DNA of 10,250 nt from an uncultured archaeon (GCA_964510585.1 CAZECW010000175.1:1-10250); one strand, 5' to 3'; shown: positions 1 to 7,372, counted from the stretch's first letter. Translations and numbers: made by a program. Notes: generated from the sequence alone by a model not told the origin.

Positions 1-1106
1 CTATTTCTCTCCTCGCCAATCTTACGCGTTATTTCACTTAATTCCCTACTTCTCTCTTTGATGATCCATCCTGGGATTTGGTTTTCCATTTTTTCTGCTT
101 GTGTTCCCGGTCTTGGCGCAAATCTCGAAATGTTGACGATATCGGGTTTTATGTCTTGGATGAGCTTAACTGATTCTTGGAAGTTTTCGTCTGTTTCTCC
201 CGGAAAGCCGACTATTATATCGGTGGATAGGGTTAAGTCGGAAATTTTTGTTTTAAAAGCTTTAACGATTTCCAAGAATTGTTCCTTTGTGTAACCTCTA
301 TTCATGGCCTTCAAGATTTCGTTGCTTCCTGACTGTACAGGAATGTGGAGGAACTTGTAAATCTTGTTGTTTTGATAAATATCTATGAGTTCCTCAAGAA
401 TGGGTGTTGTATGTTTAGGATTTGTCATACCCACTCTAACTTTAAAATCTAGAGGTAGTTCAATAATTCTTCTAAGTAAATCGGGGAGCCTTTCACCCTT
501 CCAGCTATAGGTTCCTGTATCTTGGGAGGTTAACCATATTTCCCTACAACCACCCTGAACTGCCTTTTCTACCTCTTTCAGAATAATTTCTGGAGGGTAG
601 CTTAAAAGTTTGCCGCGGGCAAATTTTACGCAGCAGTAATAACAATCACCTAGGCATCCCTCACCTATGGGAATGATTGCAATTACTGGGTTAACTAATT
701 TTCTTGGATTCCCCAGCTTAATGCCTTTTTTGTCCTCAAGGGATATGATTCCACGCTTGCCATTCTCTACCTCTCTTACTATGTCCTTAATTTTGAATAG
801 GGAGTTGGTGTCCAATATGGCAGCGAATTTCGGCCCCGCTTCTATTACGCCTCTTAGATTTATTCTCGGTAAACAGCCACACACGATAAATGGTTTTCCC
901 GACTGGTTGAGTTGCGAAATTTTTTTCAGAACCTTTTTTTCAGTAGGTTCTTTTACGCCGCAGGTATTCACAATCAGAATATCCGCGTACTCCTCCGACT
1001 CTGCTATACTATAGTTTGCCTCTGTTAGTGCACCTAACATAATTTCTGTATCAGCTTGGTTCATAGAACAGCCATAAGTAATGATATGTACTGAAACCAA
1101 AACCAT
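1..1106 (-). CDS. mtaB: Archaeal MiaB-like/MtaB (CDKAL1-type) tRNA methylthiotransferase, radical SAM; 3' end lies outside the window
   Basis: Manual translation from ATG at 1106 (in-frame GTG at 1109) stays open to the window edge. It shows the N-terminal UPF0004 motifs TYGCSMNQADTE, VNTCGVK and VCGCLP, the radical SAM motif CLGDCYYC (about 633-656), and SQDTG, HIPVQSGS, TDIIVGFPGET and SRFAPRPGT. It is missing from the ORF track, probably because its stop codon is outside the window. Confidence 0.92.
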   Translation of the reverse strand, partial: MVLVSVHIITYGCSMNQADTEIMLGALTEANYSIAESEEYADILIVNTCGVKEPTEKKVLKKISQLNQSGKPFIVCGCLPRINLRGVIEAGPKFAAILDTNSLFKIKDIVREVENGKRGIISLEDKKGIKLGNPRKLVNPVIAIIPIGEGCLGDCYYCCVKFARGKLLSYPPEIILKEVEKAVQGGCREIWLTSQDTGTYSWKGERLPDLLRRIIELPLDFKVRVGMTNPKHTTPILEELIDIYQNNKIYKFLHIPVQSGSNEILKAMNRGYTKEQFLEIVKAFKTKISDLTLSTDIIVGFPGETDENFQESVKLIQDIKPDIVNISRFAPRPGTQAEKMENQIPGWIIKERSRELSEITRKIGEERN

Positions 1107-1121
1107 CACTCATACTTTTTC

Positions 1122-1436
1122 CTAAAAAACAGTAAGGCGAAGGGTATTCAGGCTGCCTCCAGCTACGGGTGGAAGTATAGCCAAAACATCTCTGTCTCTA
1201 AGAGGAGTGTCTAATCCTCTGAGTTCATTGATGGATATACCATTAATCATTAAAAGAAAAGCAGGTTTGGGTTTTCCGTTCTTTTCAATCAAGTAGTTTG
1301 CCAGCTTGTCCCCATACTTTTGGGTTAACAACTTTATTGCGTCAGAGACGGTTATGTTATCCTCTGACTCCAATTCTATTTCCTTTGCTTTGGTTATCTC
1401 CCTTATGGTCGCAAAGACTTTAACTTTGAATTTCAT
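1122..1436 (-). CDS. MoaD/ThiS-family ubiquitin-like protein (SAMP1/Urm1-like sulfur carrier or modifier) with a C-terminal extension after the di-glycine
   Basis: Beta-grasp family hallmarks: VKVFATIRE at the N-terminus, LLMING, and DVLAILPPVAGG. The GG (1155-1160) is followed by SLNTLRLTVF and then the stop. Confidence 0.88.
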   Translation of the reverse strand: MKFKVKVFATIREITKAKEIELESEDNITVSDAIKLLTQKYGDKLANYLIEKNGKPKPAFLLMINGISINELRGLDTPLRDRDVLAILPPVAGGSLNTLRLTVF

Positions 1437-1606
1437 TCTTCTACCTTCCCCTAATACTCTTCAAATGAATCATTGCATAGTGGAGTGATAAATTTTCTAG
1501 GTGAAATATTAATGTAGTCCTGTCTTAAACTTTACTTACTCATCTTTAAAAATATTTAAATAATTATGTATCAATGTGGACGATTACAAAAGGAGAGATG
1601 TAATTT
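1437..1606. promoter_or_regulatory. Divergent intergenic/promoter region between the SAMP-mtaB unit and hypB
   Basis: 170-bp AT-rich gap between divergent starts, with TATA-like TTTAAATA at about 1555-1562 and SD-like AGGAG at 1591-1595 ahead of the hypB ATG at 1607. Confidence 0.5.
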
Positions 1607-2259
1607 ATGAGCGGGCAGACATTCCGAATTTTTGATGTTGAGCAGGACCTTATTAAGGCTAACGAGAAGCTTGCAAAAGAGATTCAAAAGGTTTTCACGA
1701 GAAGGGAATCAAAACTTTTGATATTGTGGGAGCCATAGGTGCGGGTAAAACGGCCATCCTTGAAACTCTGGTAGAGAGACTAAAAGGAAAGTATAGATTA
1801 GCACTGGTTACCGCGGATGTAACTACGGAGATAGATGCTGATAGGATTAGGCGTCATGGGGTTGAATGTATACAAATCAATACTGGTAGGGAGTGTGCTT
1901 TAACAGCGAGTCTCCTAAAAAATGTTTTGGATAGGCTACCCTTGAACAACATTGATGTACTCTTTGTGGAGAATGTTGGCAACTTGATTTGCCCCGCAGA
2001 TTTCGTGGTCGGCTGTGATAAAAGGATTGTTGTGGTTAGTATAACCGAGGGAGGACATGTTATTATAAAACATCCTCTACTTTTTAAAATGTCTGACATT
2101 GCCGTAATCAATAAGATAGACTTAAAGAACATTATGGATGTAAATCCAGAAAAAATGGTTGAAGACGCCCTAACAATTAATCCCTCTCTAAAAGTGGTTT
2201 TAACTAGTGCAAAAACTGGTGAGGGCATAGACGAATTAATTAAATTACTGGGCCTTTAA
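1607..2259 (+). CDS. hypB: Hydrogenase maturation GTPase HypB, interrupted by a -1 frameshift near 1686-1695 (sequence error, pseudogene or recoding)
   Basis: Frame from ATG 1607 reads MSGQTFRIFDVEQDLIKANEKLAKEIQKVF, a HypB-like N-terminus, and stops at TAG 1736-1738. The -1 frame (open from 1663) carries HEKGIKTFDIVGAIGAGKT (P-loop), ENVGNLICPADF, SITEG and NKIDL. The ORF-track start at 1726 truncates the gene. Confidence 0.88.
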
Positions 2260-2433
2260 AATAGTTCACTAAAATTGAAAAGGCAATCATGTTGAGTCAA
2301 TAATGATTTGAGGGTAGGTTATTTAAATTCAATATTAGTTTTATTAAATTAACCTGAACTATTTGTATGCAAATAATGGGCAAGGGTCACTCGACTGGGA
2401 GAGGCTAAATGGCGTGCGTTCGGAGGATCTGTG

Positions 2434-3507
2434 ATGTCTACTATTTGGGTTGATTATGTTGCTCCCAAAGATGTTGTCTACTTTATGAATATGGTGAAGC
2501 GGCTAAAAAGTAGAGGCGACATTGTTGTTGCAACAACTAGGAAGTTTCGAGAAGTAAATGAACTAATGAAATTGAAGAATGTTGAGGCGAAGATTCTGGG
2601 TCGCTATGGTGGAGGAACACTTAAAGGCAAATTGGTTGAAGGAGCAAAAAGAATAGCCAAATTGGCGGAGTACATTACGAGATTTAATGTAGATGTTATG
2701 ATATCCTACTGTTCGCCTGAAGCAGTTCGTGTAGCTTTCGGATTGCAAATTCCCATCATAAATGTTTATGATGCTCCTCATGCCATTAAACAAGTACTTT
2801 TGGTATCAAAGCTTGTGGATGTACACATTTCCCCAAAATGTATTCCAAAAAGGGAATGGCTTAAGCTGGGTTTCAAACCGGAGCAACTCCTGTTTTATGA
2901 TGCCATAGATCCTGCCGCTTGGCTCAAAAACTTTACACCCAATGAAAACATTTTCAAAAATTTGGGGCTGGATCCCGAAAAGAAAATTGTTGTAGTCAGA
3001 GCAGAGGAAGCTTTTGCTTCATATCTCCTTGGAAAAACCTCAGATGATAATCCTCTGATAACTCCTTTAATTAAGGAACTTTTAGCCTTCGATGATGAAC
3101 TTCAAATCGTTGTGCTTTGTAGGTATGGTCGCCAAAAATCAAGTTTAAGTAAACTTTTCCGGAAAATAACTATTACTGAACACGTTGTAGACTCGGCTAG
3201 TTTAATTTCTAAAAGCGTCCTCTTCATTGGGGGAGGTGGAACAATGACCTGCGAGGCAGCCCTCTTAGGAGTACCCTCCATCTCCTTTTTCCCTGGAAGA
3301 CTTTACTATGAGGAGCCACTCATAAAAGAAAAACTACTCTACCACCCAAAGACACTAGACCAAGCCAAAAGACTAATTGAAAAAATACTGAGCCAATCAG
3401 AAGATTATTCAAAAATGTGTAAAAAAAAGGCTAAGCGCCTATTAGAATCTATGGAGGACCCCACAGACACTCTAATTGCAACAATTGACAAATTCTTAAA
3501 AAAATAA
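2434..3507 (+). CDS. DUF354-family protein (predicted GT-B glycosyltransferase-like)
   Basis: Recognisable family motifs: IWVDYVAPKD, VVATTRKF, GRYGGGTL, SYCSPEAVRVAFGL, YDAPHA, and FIGGGGTMTCEAALLGVPSISFFPG. SD GGAGG at 2422-2426 fits ATG 2434; GTG 2431 is an alternative start. Confidence 0.82.
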   Translation: MSTIWVDYVAPKDVVYFMNMVKRLKSRGDIVVATTRKFREVNELMKLKNVEAKILGRYGGGTLKGKLVEGAKRIAKLAEYITRFNVDVMISYCSPEAVRVAFGLQIPIINVYDAPHAIKQVLLVSKLVDVHISPKCIPKREWLKLGFKPEQLLFYDAIDPAAWLKNFTPNENIFKNLGLDPEKKIVVVRAEEAFASYLLGKTSDDNPLITPLIKELLAFDDELQIVVLCRYGRQKSSLSKLFRKITITEHVVDSASLISKSVLFIGGGGTMTCEAALLGVPSISFFPGRLYYEEPLIKEKLLYHPKTLDQAKRLIEKILSQSEDYSKMCKKKAKRLLESMEDPTDTLIATIDKFLKK

Positions 3508-3516
3508 TGGTTCAAA

Positions 3517-3831
3517 CTACGTGGCCAATTTTTCCTTACCGAGCTCCACCCAGAACAGTTTTTTGGATAGTTTATACCATATATACAACCACGCCAGCAC
3601 AAGCAATCCTGAAAGAATTATTTGAATAATGTTTCTAATCATACTCCAGAATTCTCCTTGGCCCTGATCGAGCCTATAAGGCGTGGTGAGGTAGTTTATG
3701 ATTAACCAGTATGTTTCTTGAGGCGGCCTCCAGGGAACAATAATCGATTCTATAACTACAAACACTACAGTTATTGTGACCCAAACAAATAGAATTAGCA
3801 ACAAAAGGGGAAAGTACCTTCTGAACTCCAT
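3517..3831 (-). CDS. Small hypothetical membrane protein with two predicted TM helices
   Basis: 104 aa with two long hydrophobic stretches (LLLLILFVWVTITVVFVVIESII and IIQIILSGLLVLAWLYIWY) and a basic tail. It starts 4 bp after the aglH stop and fills the gap between convergent genes. Confidence 0.72.
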   Translation of the reverse strand: MEFRRYFPLLLLILFVWVTITVVFVVIESIIVPWRPPQETYWLIINYLTTPYRLDQGQGEFWSMIRNIIQIILSGLLVLAWLYIWYKLSKKLFWVELGKEKLAT

Positions 3832-3835
3832 TTTT

Positions 3836-4876
3836 TCACCACCAAACCATTAGTATTGCTGTCAAAATGGCTAAGAACGAGCTGAAGAAGCTTAATAGAT
3901 AGAATCCTCTGACAATCTCGGGTTCAGTTAGAGGGCCTCTTGCAAGTATCATACGCACCAAAGGTATGGGCGCCTTTGGATCCTTACTAGCTGCGATTCT
4001 ACCGTCCGGAAGGAGTATAGTTGCCGGAGACTTTACGAGTCTATACTCCATCAATTTTCCCATACTACTCAACATATAGAAAGAATTCATAATGAAGGGT
4101 ATCAGCGCTATAACTGTAACTATCTCTAGCTCTCCCACAATTGCAAGGGCACCAATCGCGGCCCCCACAGTTAAAGAACCCACATCACCCGAAAAAACTC
4201 TAGCCGGGTACCTGTTAAACCTATAGTACGCTATCATAACACCCAGCATTACCGCCGATATAATTATACCTGTTTTTGAATCTAAGAGAACCGAGCAGCA
4301 CAACATAGCTCCAAATGTTATTATAGTGGTTCCCGGCATCACCCCATTCATAATATCCAACATATTCACTGTATTGGAGCAAACAGCCACATTAACTGGA
4401 ACGTATATGGGGTAAAGGATGCTTAACCTGGTTCGCCCAATGAAGGGGAAACGTGGAGAAGAAACTAGGATGGGATAGAAAAAGTTTATTATCAGTAGTG
4501 GGAGGGCGGCAATTACGGTAAGTATGGTTTTCGTGTACGCCCCTAACCTTTTTAAATCATCTATAATGCCCACCGCTCCCGAAGCAGCCACAGTTAATAA
4601 AAACCCTAACAACCTCAATCTAGTAAGGTTGTCCTCAAAGAGTACGGCGGTCAGCGACAAGCCCACAATTATACTAATCAGAATAGCAAGACCCCCCATT
4701 TCTGGTATAACTGGCTTATCGAGTTTATGTACGTCAACCCCCGTAATTTTTAAATCCTTCATCTTTCTCATCACGTGGGGAACCAAAAAATTACAAATCA
4801 GAAAAGAAAAGAAGAACCCAAATATAACATATAAAATTTCAATTGGTTTAAGGTATATCACGCTGCCACCAACCAT
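3836..4876 (-). CDS. aglH: UDP-GlcNAc:dolichyl-phosphate GlcNAc-1-phosphate transferase (AglH/ALG7/DPAGT1-like, glycosyl transferase family 4)
   Basis: Polytopic membrane protein with the PNPT/GPT motifs TGVDVHKLDKPVIPEMGG, GIIDD, NTVNMLDIMNG and YPARVFSGDVGS. A GTG at 4861, preceded by GGTGG, is an alternative start. Confidence 0.88.
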   Translation of the reverse strand: MVGGSVIYLKPIEILYVIFGFFFSFLICNFLVPHVMRKMKDLKITGVDVHKLDKPVIPEMGGLAILISIIVGLSLTAVLFEDNLTRLRLLGFLLTVAASGAVGIIDDLKRLGAYTKTILTVIAALPLLIINFFYPILVSSPRFPFIGRTRLSILYPIYVPVNVAVCSNTVNMLDIMNGVMPGTTIITFGAMLCCSVLLDSKTGIIISAVMLGVMIAYYRFNRYPARVFSGDVGSLTVGAAIGALAIVGELEIVTVIALIPFIMNSFYMLSSMGKLMEYRLVKSPATILLPDGRIAASKDPKAPIPLVRMILARGPLTEPEIVRGFYLLSFFSSFLAILTAILMVWW

Positions 4877-5042
4877 TTAAACCAGTTAAAGCAAGACTTT
4901 TATATCGCAATAAACATTTTACAAACAAAAATTGCACACATTTATATTTATATTAGTATAGCAATATTACCATTTGTGTTCTGGGACAATGCATATTTAG
5001 ATTTCGGTATAATTGTTATAAATCTTGGCCAAAGGTGATTAC
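4877..5042. promoter_or_regulatory. Bidirectional promoter region between aglH and the ribophorin-I-like gene
   Basis: Short AT-rich gap between divergent genes, with TATA-like elements at about 4898-4905 (TTTTATAT) and 4941-4953 (TTTATATTTATAT). SD AGGTGAT at 5033-5039 precedes an in-frame TTG at 5043. Confidence 0.5.
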
Positions 5043-6770
5043 TTGCAAAAAAGCACGGCTGTACTATTGATACTGTTAATTCTAACAATGGGATTCGTAA
5101 TCCTCATAGCACTAAATAGCAACGCCTACTCTCCCGTCTACCACCACCCTATCATTCAAACCACCAACACCGTGACTTTGAAAAACATGGAAATTACATC
5201 CACAGGCAATCTGACTAATAGTTTAGTGCTAAGAAATATCTCCATAAACAATTTCGGCATAGCCACTGTTACAGACACTTTCATAGTGAGAAATGACGGA
5301 ACAAACTCCACAAAATCTGCAAATGTGCTCTACCCCGAGAATGTGTGGTCAGAGCTCATCACGTACACTGCTTGGCACGAGAACATCCAACTTAACACAG
5401 AAAGAATTTTTTCAGGAGGAGTAAATGGAACCCAAATAATATTTCATAAATCGTTATCTCCCGGGGACAACTATACATTTACGTTAAAACAATATTTTAA
5501 AGGCACCCTCAGTACAGTTAGCTCTCAGATGCGGTTTAGCTTCCCCGCTTATCCTTATTCACCCTACCGAACAGAAGAGTGCAGAGTTTCAGTGATATTA
5601 CCTAAAGGCGCTTATTCTACATCCTCTCTAAAATACAACTACGCTAATATATCACCCTTTGACGCCAACAATACCCTAGGAATAAACTTCACGTTTAACG
5701 ATGGGAGTTCTATTGTGTCACTTAAAACAGTCTATAGGCAAGTAACAGTCGATCCCTGGATGGGAATAAATGTGATAGAAGTCCATCTAATAGAAAATAA
5801 GGGGGTTTCAAATCTAAACAAAACCTATTTTCAAGCTCCCGCGGGCACAGTAAAGTTTGAGGCCAATGACGCCGCTGGAACCCTAACATCTTGGCCCGCG
5901 GGCGATAGCGTAGAAATTTATACACGCTACTCGATTCCCCCTAATGGAACCTACGTCTACTACCTTACATACTCCATTCCCATAGCGTTTTCACAAATTG
6001 GCAGCTCTGGAACTTACCTACTCGCCTTTAACATTGTTCCTAACTATGGGGGAATAATTGAAAACTTCTACATCTCCCTGATATTCTCCAACTTCCTAGG
6101 CATATCCTTCCAGAGTCCTCCAACACTACCAATCACCTCAATTAATAAGAACATTTATCTCTACACCTACAAAAACATCATTCCAACACAAAATATATTG
6201 TCATACTTCCTTTACAGCGTCGGATTTCCAAACACCTATCTTCGCCCCCTCACCCTAACGCTAGTATTTGGCTCCGCAGCTGCTGTTTACGCCCTTGTCA
6301 GGTCACGTCGCGTAAAGGCTGCACCAGCTATAGTGAGACCCGCAGAAGTTAAAGCTTCGATTCTCAGCGAATTCCTCAACCTGTATGAAGAAAAGAATAC
6401 GTTAATACTCGAAATGGAACGTTTGCGTGAAGACGCCCTTAGAAAAAAGGTTAGCAAGTTAGAGTATGCCCAAAGAATAAAAAACTCGGAAAAAGAACTA
6501 GCCAGACTTGAAAGTGAAATAAACAAAATAAAGACAAAACTCATAGAAGCAGATAAAAAATATGTGTCAGACATCAGATACTTTGAAATAAATGAGGCAG
6601 ACCGAGAGCAAGCCAAACTGGCTCTACAAAGCCTCAGAAGAAGGTACCTCATGAAACGCCTAGACAAAGAAACCTACCTCAAACTAAAGGAAGCCCAAGA
6701 AAACAAACTCAGAAAAGCAGAATCGAACCTGGACAAAAGAATACAGGACCTACGCAGAGAAACCATCTAA
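5025..6770 (+). CDS. Ribophorin I (Ost1/RPN1)-like type I membrane protein, putative oligosaccharyltransferase accessory subunit
   Basis: Architecture: N-terminal signal/anchor helix, beta-rich extracellular region, one TM helix (LRPLTLTLVFGSAAAVYALV, about 6240-6300) and a charged helical cytoplasmic tail. RQVTVDPWMGINVIEVHLIENKG and RYSIPPNGTYVYYLTYSIP resemble the ribophorin I motifs [23 protein letters not shown] and RFPLFGGWKTHYIVGYNLP (recalled from memory, not searched). The real start may be TTG 5043, which has an AGGTGAT SD. Confidence 0.78.
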   Translation: MAKGDYLQKSTAVLLILLILTMGFVILIALNSNAYSPVYHHPIIQTTNTVTLKNMEITSTGNLTNSLVLRNISINNFGIATVTDTFIVRNDGTNSTKSANVLYPENVWSELITYTAWHENIQLNTERIFSGGVNGTQIIFHKSLSPGDNYTFTLKQYFKGTLSTVSSQMRFSFPAYPYSPYRTEECRVSVILPKGAYSTSSLKYNYANISPFDANNTLGINFTFNDGSSIVSLKTVYRQVTVDPWMGINVIEVHLIENKGVSNLNKTYFQAPAGTVKFEANDAAGTLTSWPAGDSVEIYTRYSIPPNGTYVYYLTYSIPIAFSQIGSSGTYLLAFNIVPNYGGIIENFYISLIFSNFLGISFQSPPTLPITSINKNIYLYTYKNIIPTQNILSYFLYSVGFPNTYLRPLTLTLVFGSAAAVYALVRSRRVKAAPAIVRPAEVKASILSEFLNLYEEKNTLILEMERLREDALRKKVSKLEYAQRIKNSEKELARLESEINKIKTKLIEADKKYVSDIRYFEINEADREQAKLALQSLRRRYLMKRLDKETYLKLKEAQENKLRKAESNLDKRIQDLRRETI

Positions 6771-7150
6771 CACATCCACTACAAACAAAAAACATTATAT
6801 CCATGCTGACTAGAGATAAAACAACTCTGTAGAAACAAAAATTTTTGGCAGCAATTCACATCGTAGCTAGTCATAGCTTTCCTCTTACGTATGCTGATAT
6901 CGAGAAACAATTCGAATAAAAATGACTTTCAGAAAGCATAGGATTCCAATCTAACCATTTGTTAGTATCCCCTTTTTGGATTCTTTCACACTTCTCGCGA
7001 CTTGGCTATCACGTTAATGCCTTTGTATAGAAAAATGATGCTATGCAAATACGACAGCGAGAATCTGTTCTGTCTGGGCAGTACTAATGACCTAAGCCAA
7101 AACATAATCTCCCACCTTGATGGAGTTGTTCTTTGCATAATTTATAGTTT

Positions 7151-7156
7151 AAAAAA
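7151..7156 (-). terminator. Oligo-T tract terminator downstream of tRNA-Gln
   Basis: TTTTTT on the minus strand, 5 nt after the encoded CCA. Confidence 0.55.
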
Positions 7157-7161
7157 GGGAT

Positions 7162-7267
7162 TGGTAGCCCGGCGCAGATTCGAATTCCGCGGCTAAACCA
7201 ATAGTGTGGTTGCACTGCGGTCAAAGGGTCCAAAGCCCTCTATGCTTGTCCGCTACACCACCGGGCT
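7162..7267 (-). tRNA. tRNA-Gln(UUG) with encoded CCA and a 30-nt intron at 53/54
   Basis: Mature 76-nt cloverleaf: AGCCCGG/CCGGGCT acceptor stem with the archaeal Gln A1-U72 pair, D arm GTGT/GCAT, anticodon arm GAGGG-CT-TTG-GA-CCCTT (anticodon 7231-7233), T stem CGCAG/CTGCG, loop TTCGAAT, then A-CCA. 106 nt in total = 76 + 30. Confidence 0.95.
7185..7214 (-). other. BHB-type tRNA intron, non-canonical position 53/54
   Basis: Intron sequence TGCAACCACACTATTGGTTTAGCCGCGGAA. The central helix is CCGC (exon)/GCGG (intron), the bulges are AG|T and AA|T, the exon-side helix is TTTGA/TCGAA, and there is an internal hairpin AACCA/TGGTT. Confidence 0.9.
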
Positions 7268-7301
7268 AAAGGCCTTCTTTTTTTGGGAAGAATTCGTATG
7301 T

Positions 7302-7316
7302 TATGTATACCTTTCG
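7302..7316 (-). promoter_or_regulatory. BRE + TATA promoter of tRNA-Gln
   Basis: Minus strand reads CGAAAGG-TATACATA, about 35 nt upstream of tRNA position 1. Confidence 0.65.
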
Positions 7317-7372
7317 AGTTTTTAACTCTTATCTTTATTGATTTCTATTATTATGACAAAAGGATGTCAGGC

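Noticed and set aside
1122-1165. Possible BHB intron removing the SAMP C-terminal tail (GAGGC/GCCTT pairing)
   Set aside because: No register I tried places a stop codon directly after GG, and the intron-side helices are poor.
58-1488. Plus-strand ORFs 58-294, 667-1014 and 1306-1488
   Set aside because: They are antisense shadows of mtaB and the SAMP gene, with no recognisable motifs.
1685-1722. Possible BHB intron explaining the hypB frameshift (hairpin 1685-1720)
   Set aside because: The registers I tried remove 27 or 28 nt, which does not restore the frame, and would delete conserved GIKTFD residues. Homologue spacing points to a 1-nt deletion.
1726-2259. ORF-track HypB start at GTG 1726
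   Set aside because: It starts inside the P-loop strand. HypB-like sequence continues upstream and across the frameshift to ATG 1607.
2376-2453. Tandem short ORFs MGKGHSTGRG* and MACVRRICDVYYLG* upstream of or overlapping the DUF354 start
   Set aside because: No SD and no recognisable product; ORFs this short are expected by chance.
1854-6667. ORFs 1854-2228, 2563-2793, 3405-3602, 4524-4880, 5722-5925 and 6287-6667
   Set aside because: They overlap well-supported genes, mostly antisense or out of frame, and show no family signatures.
6771-7150. C/D-box sRNA or att-site duplication downstream of the tRNA
   Set aside because: There is no RTGATGA box C paired with a CTGA box D on either strand, and no repeat of the tRNA 3' end in the window.
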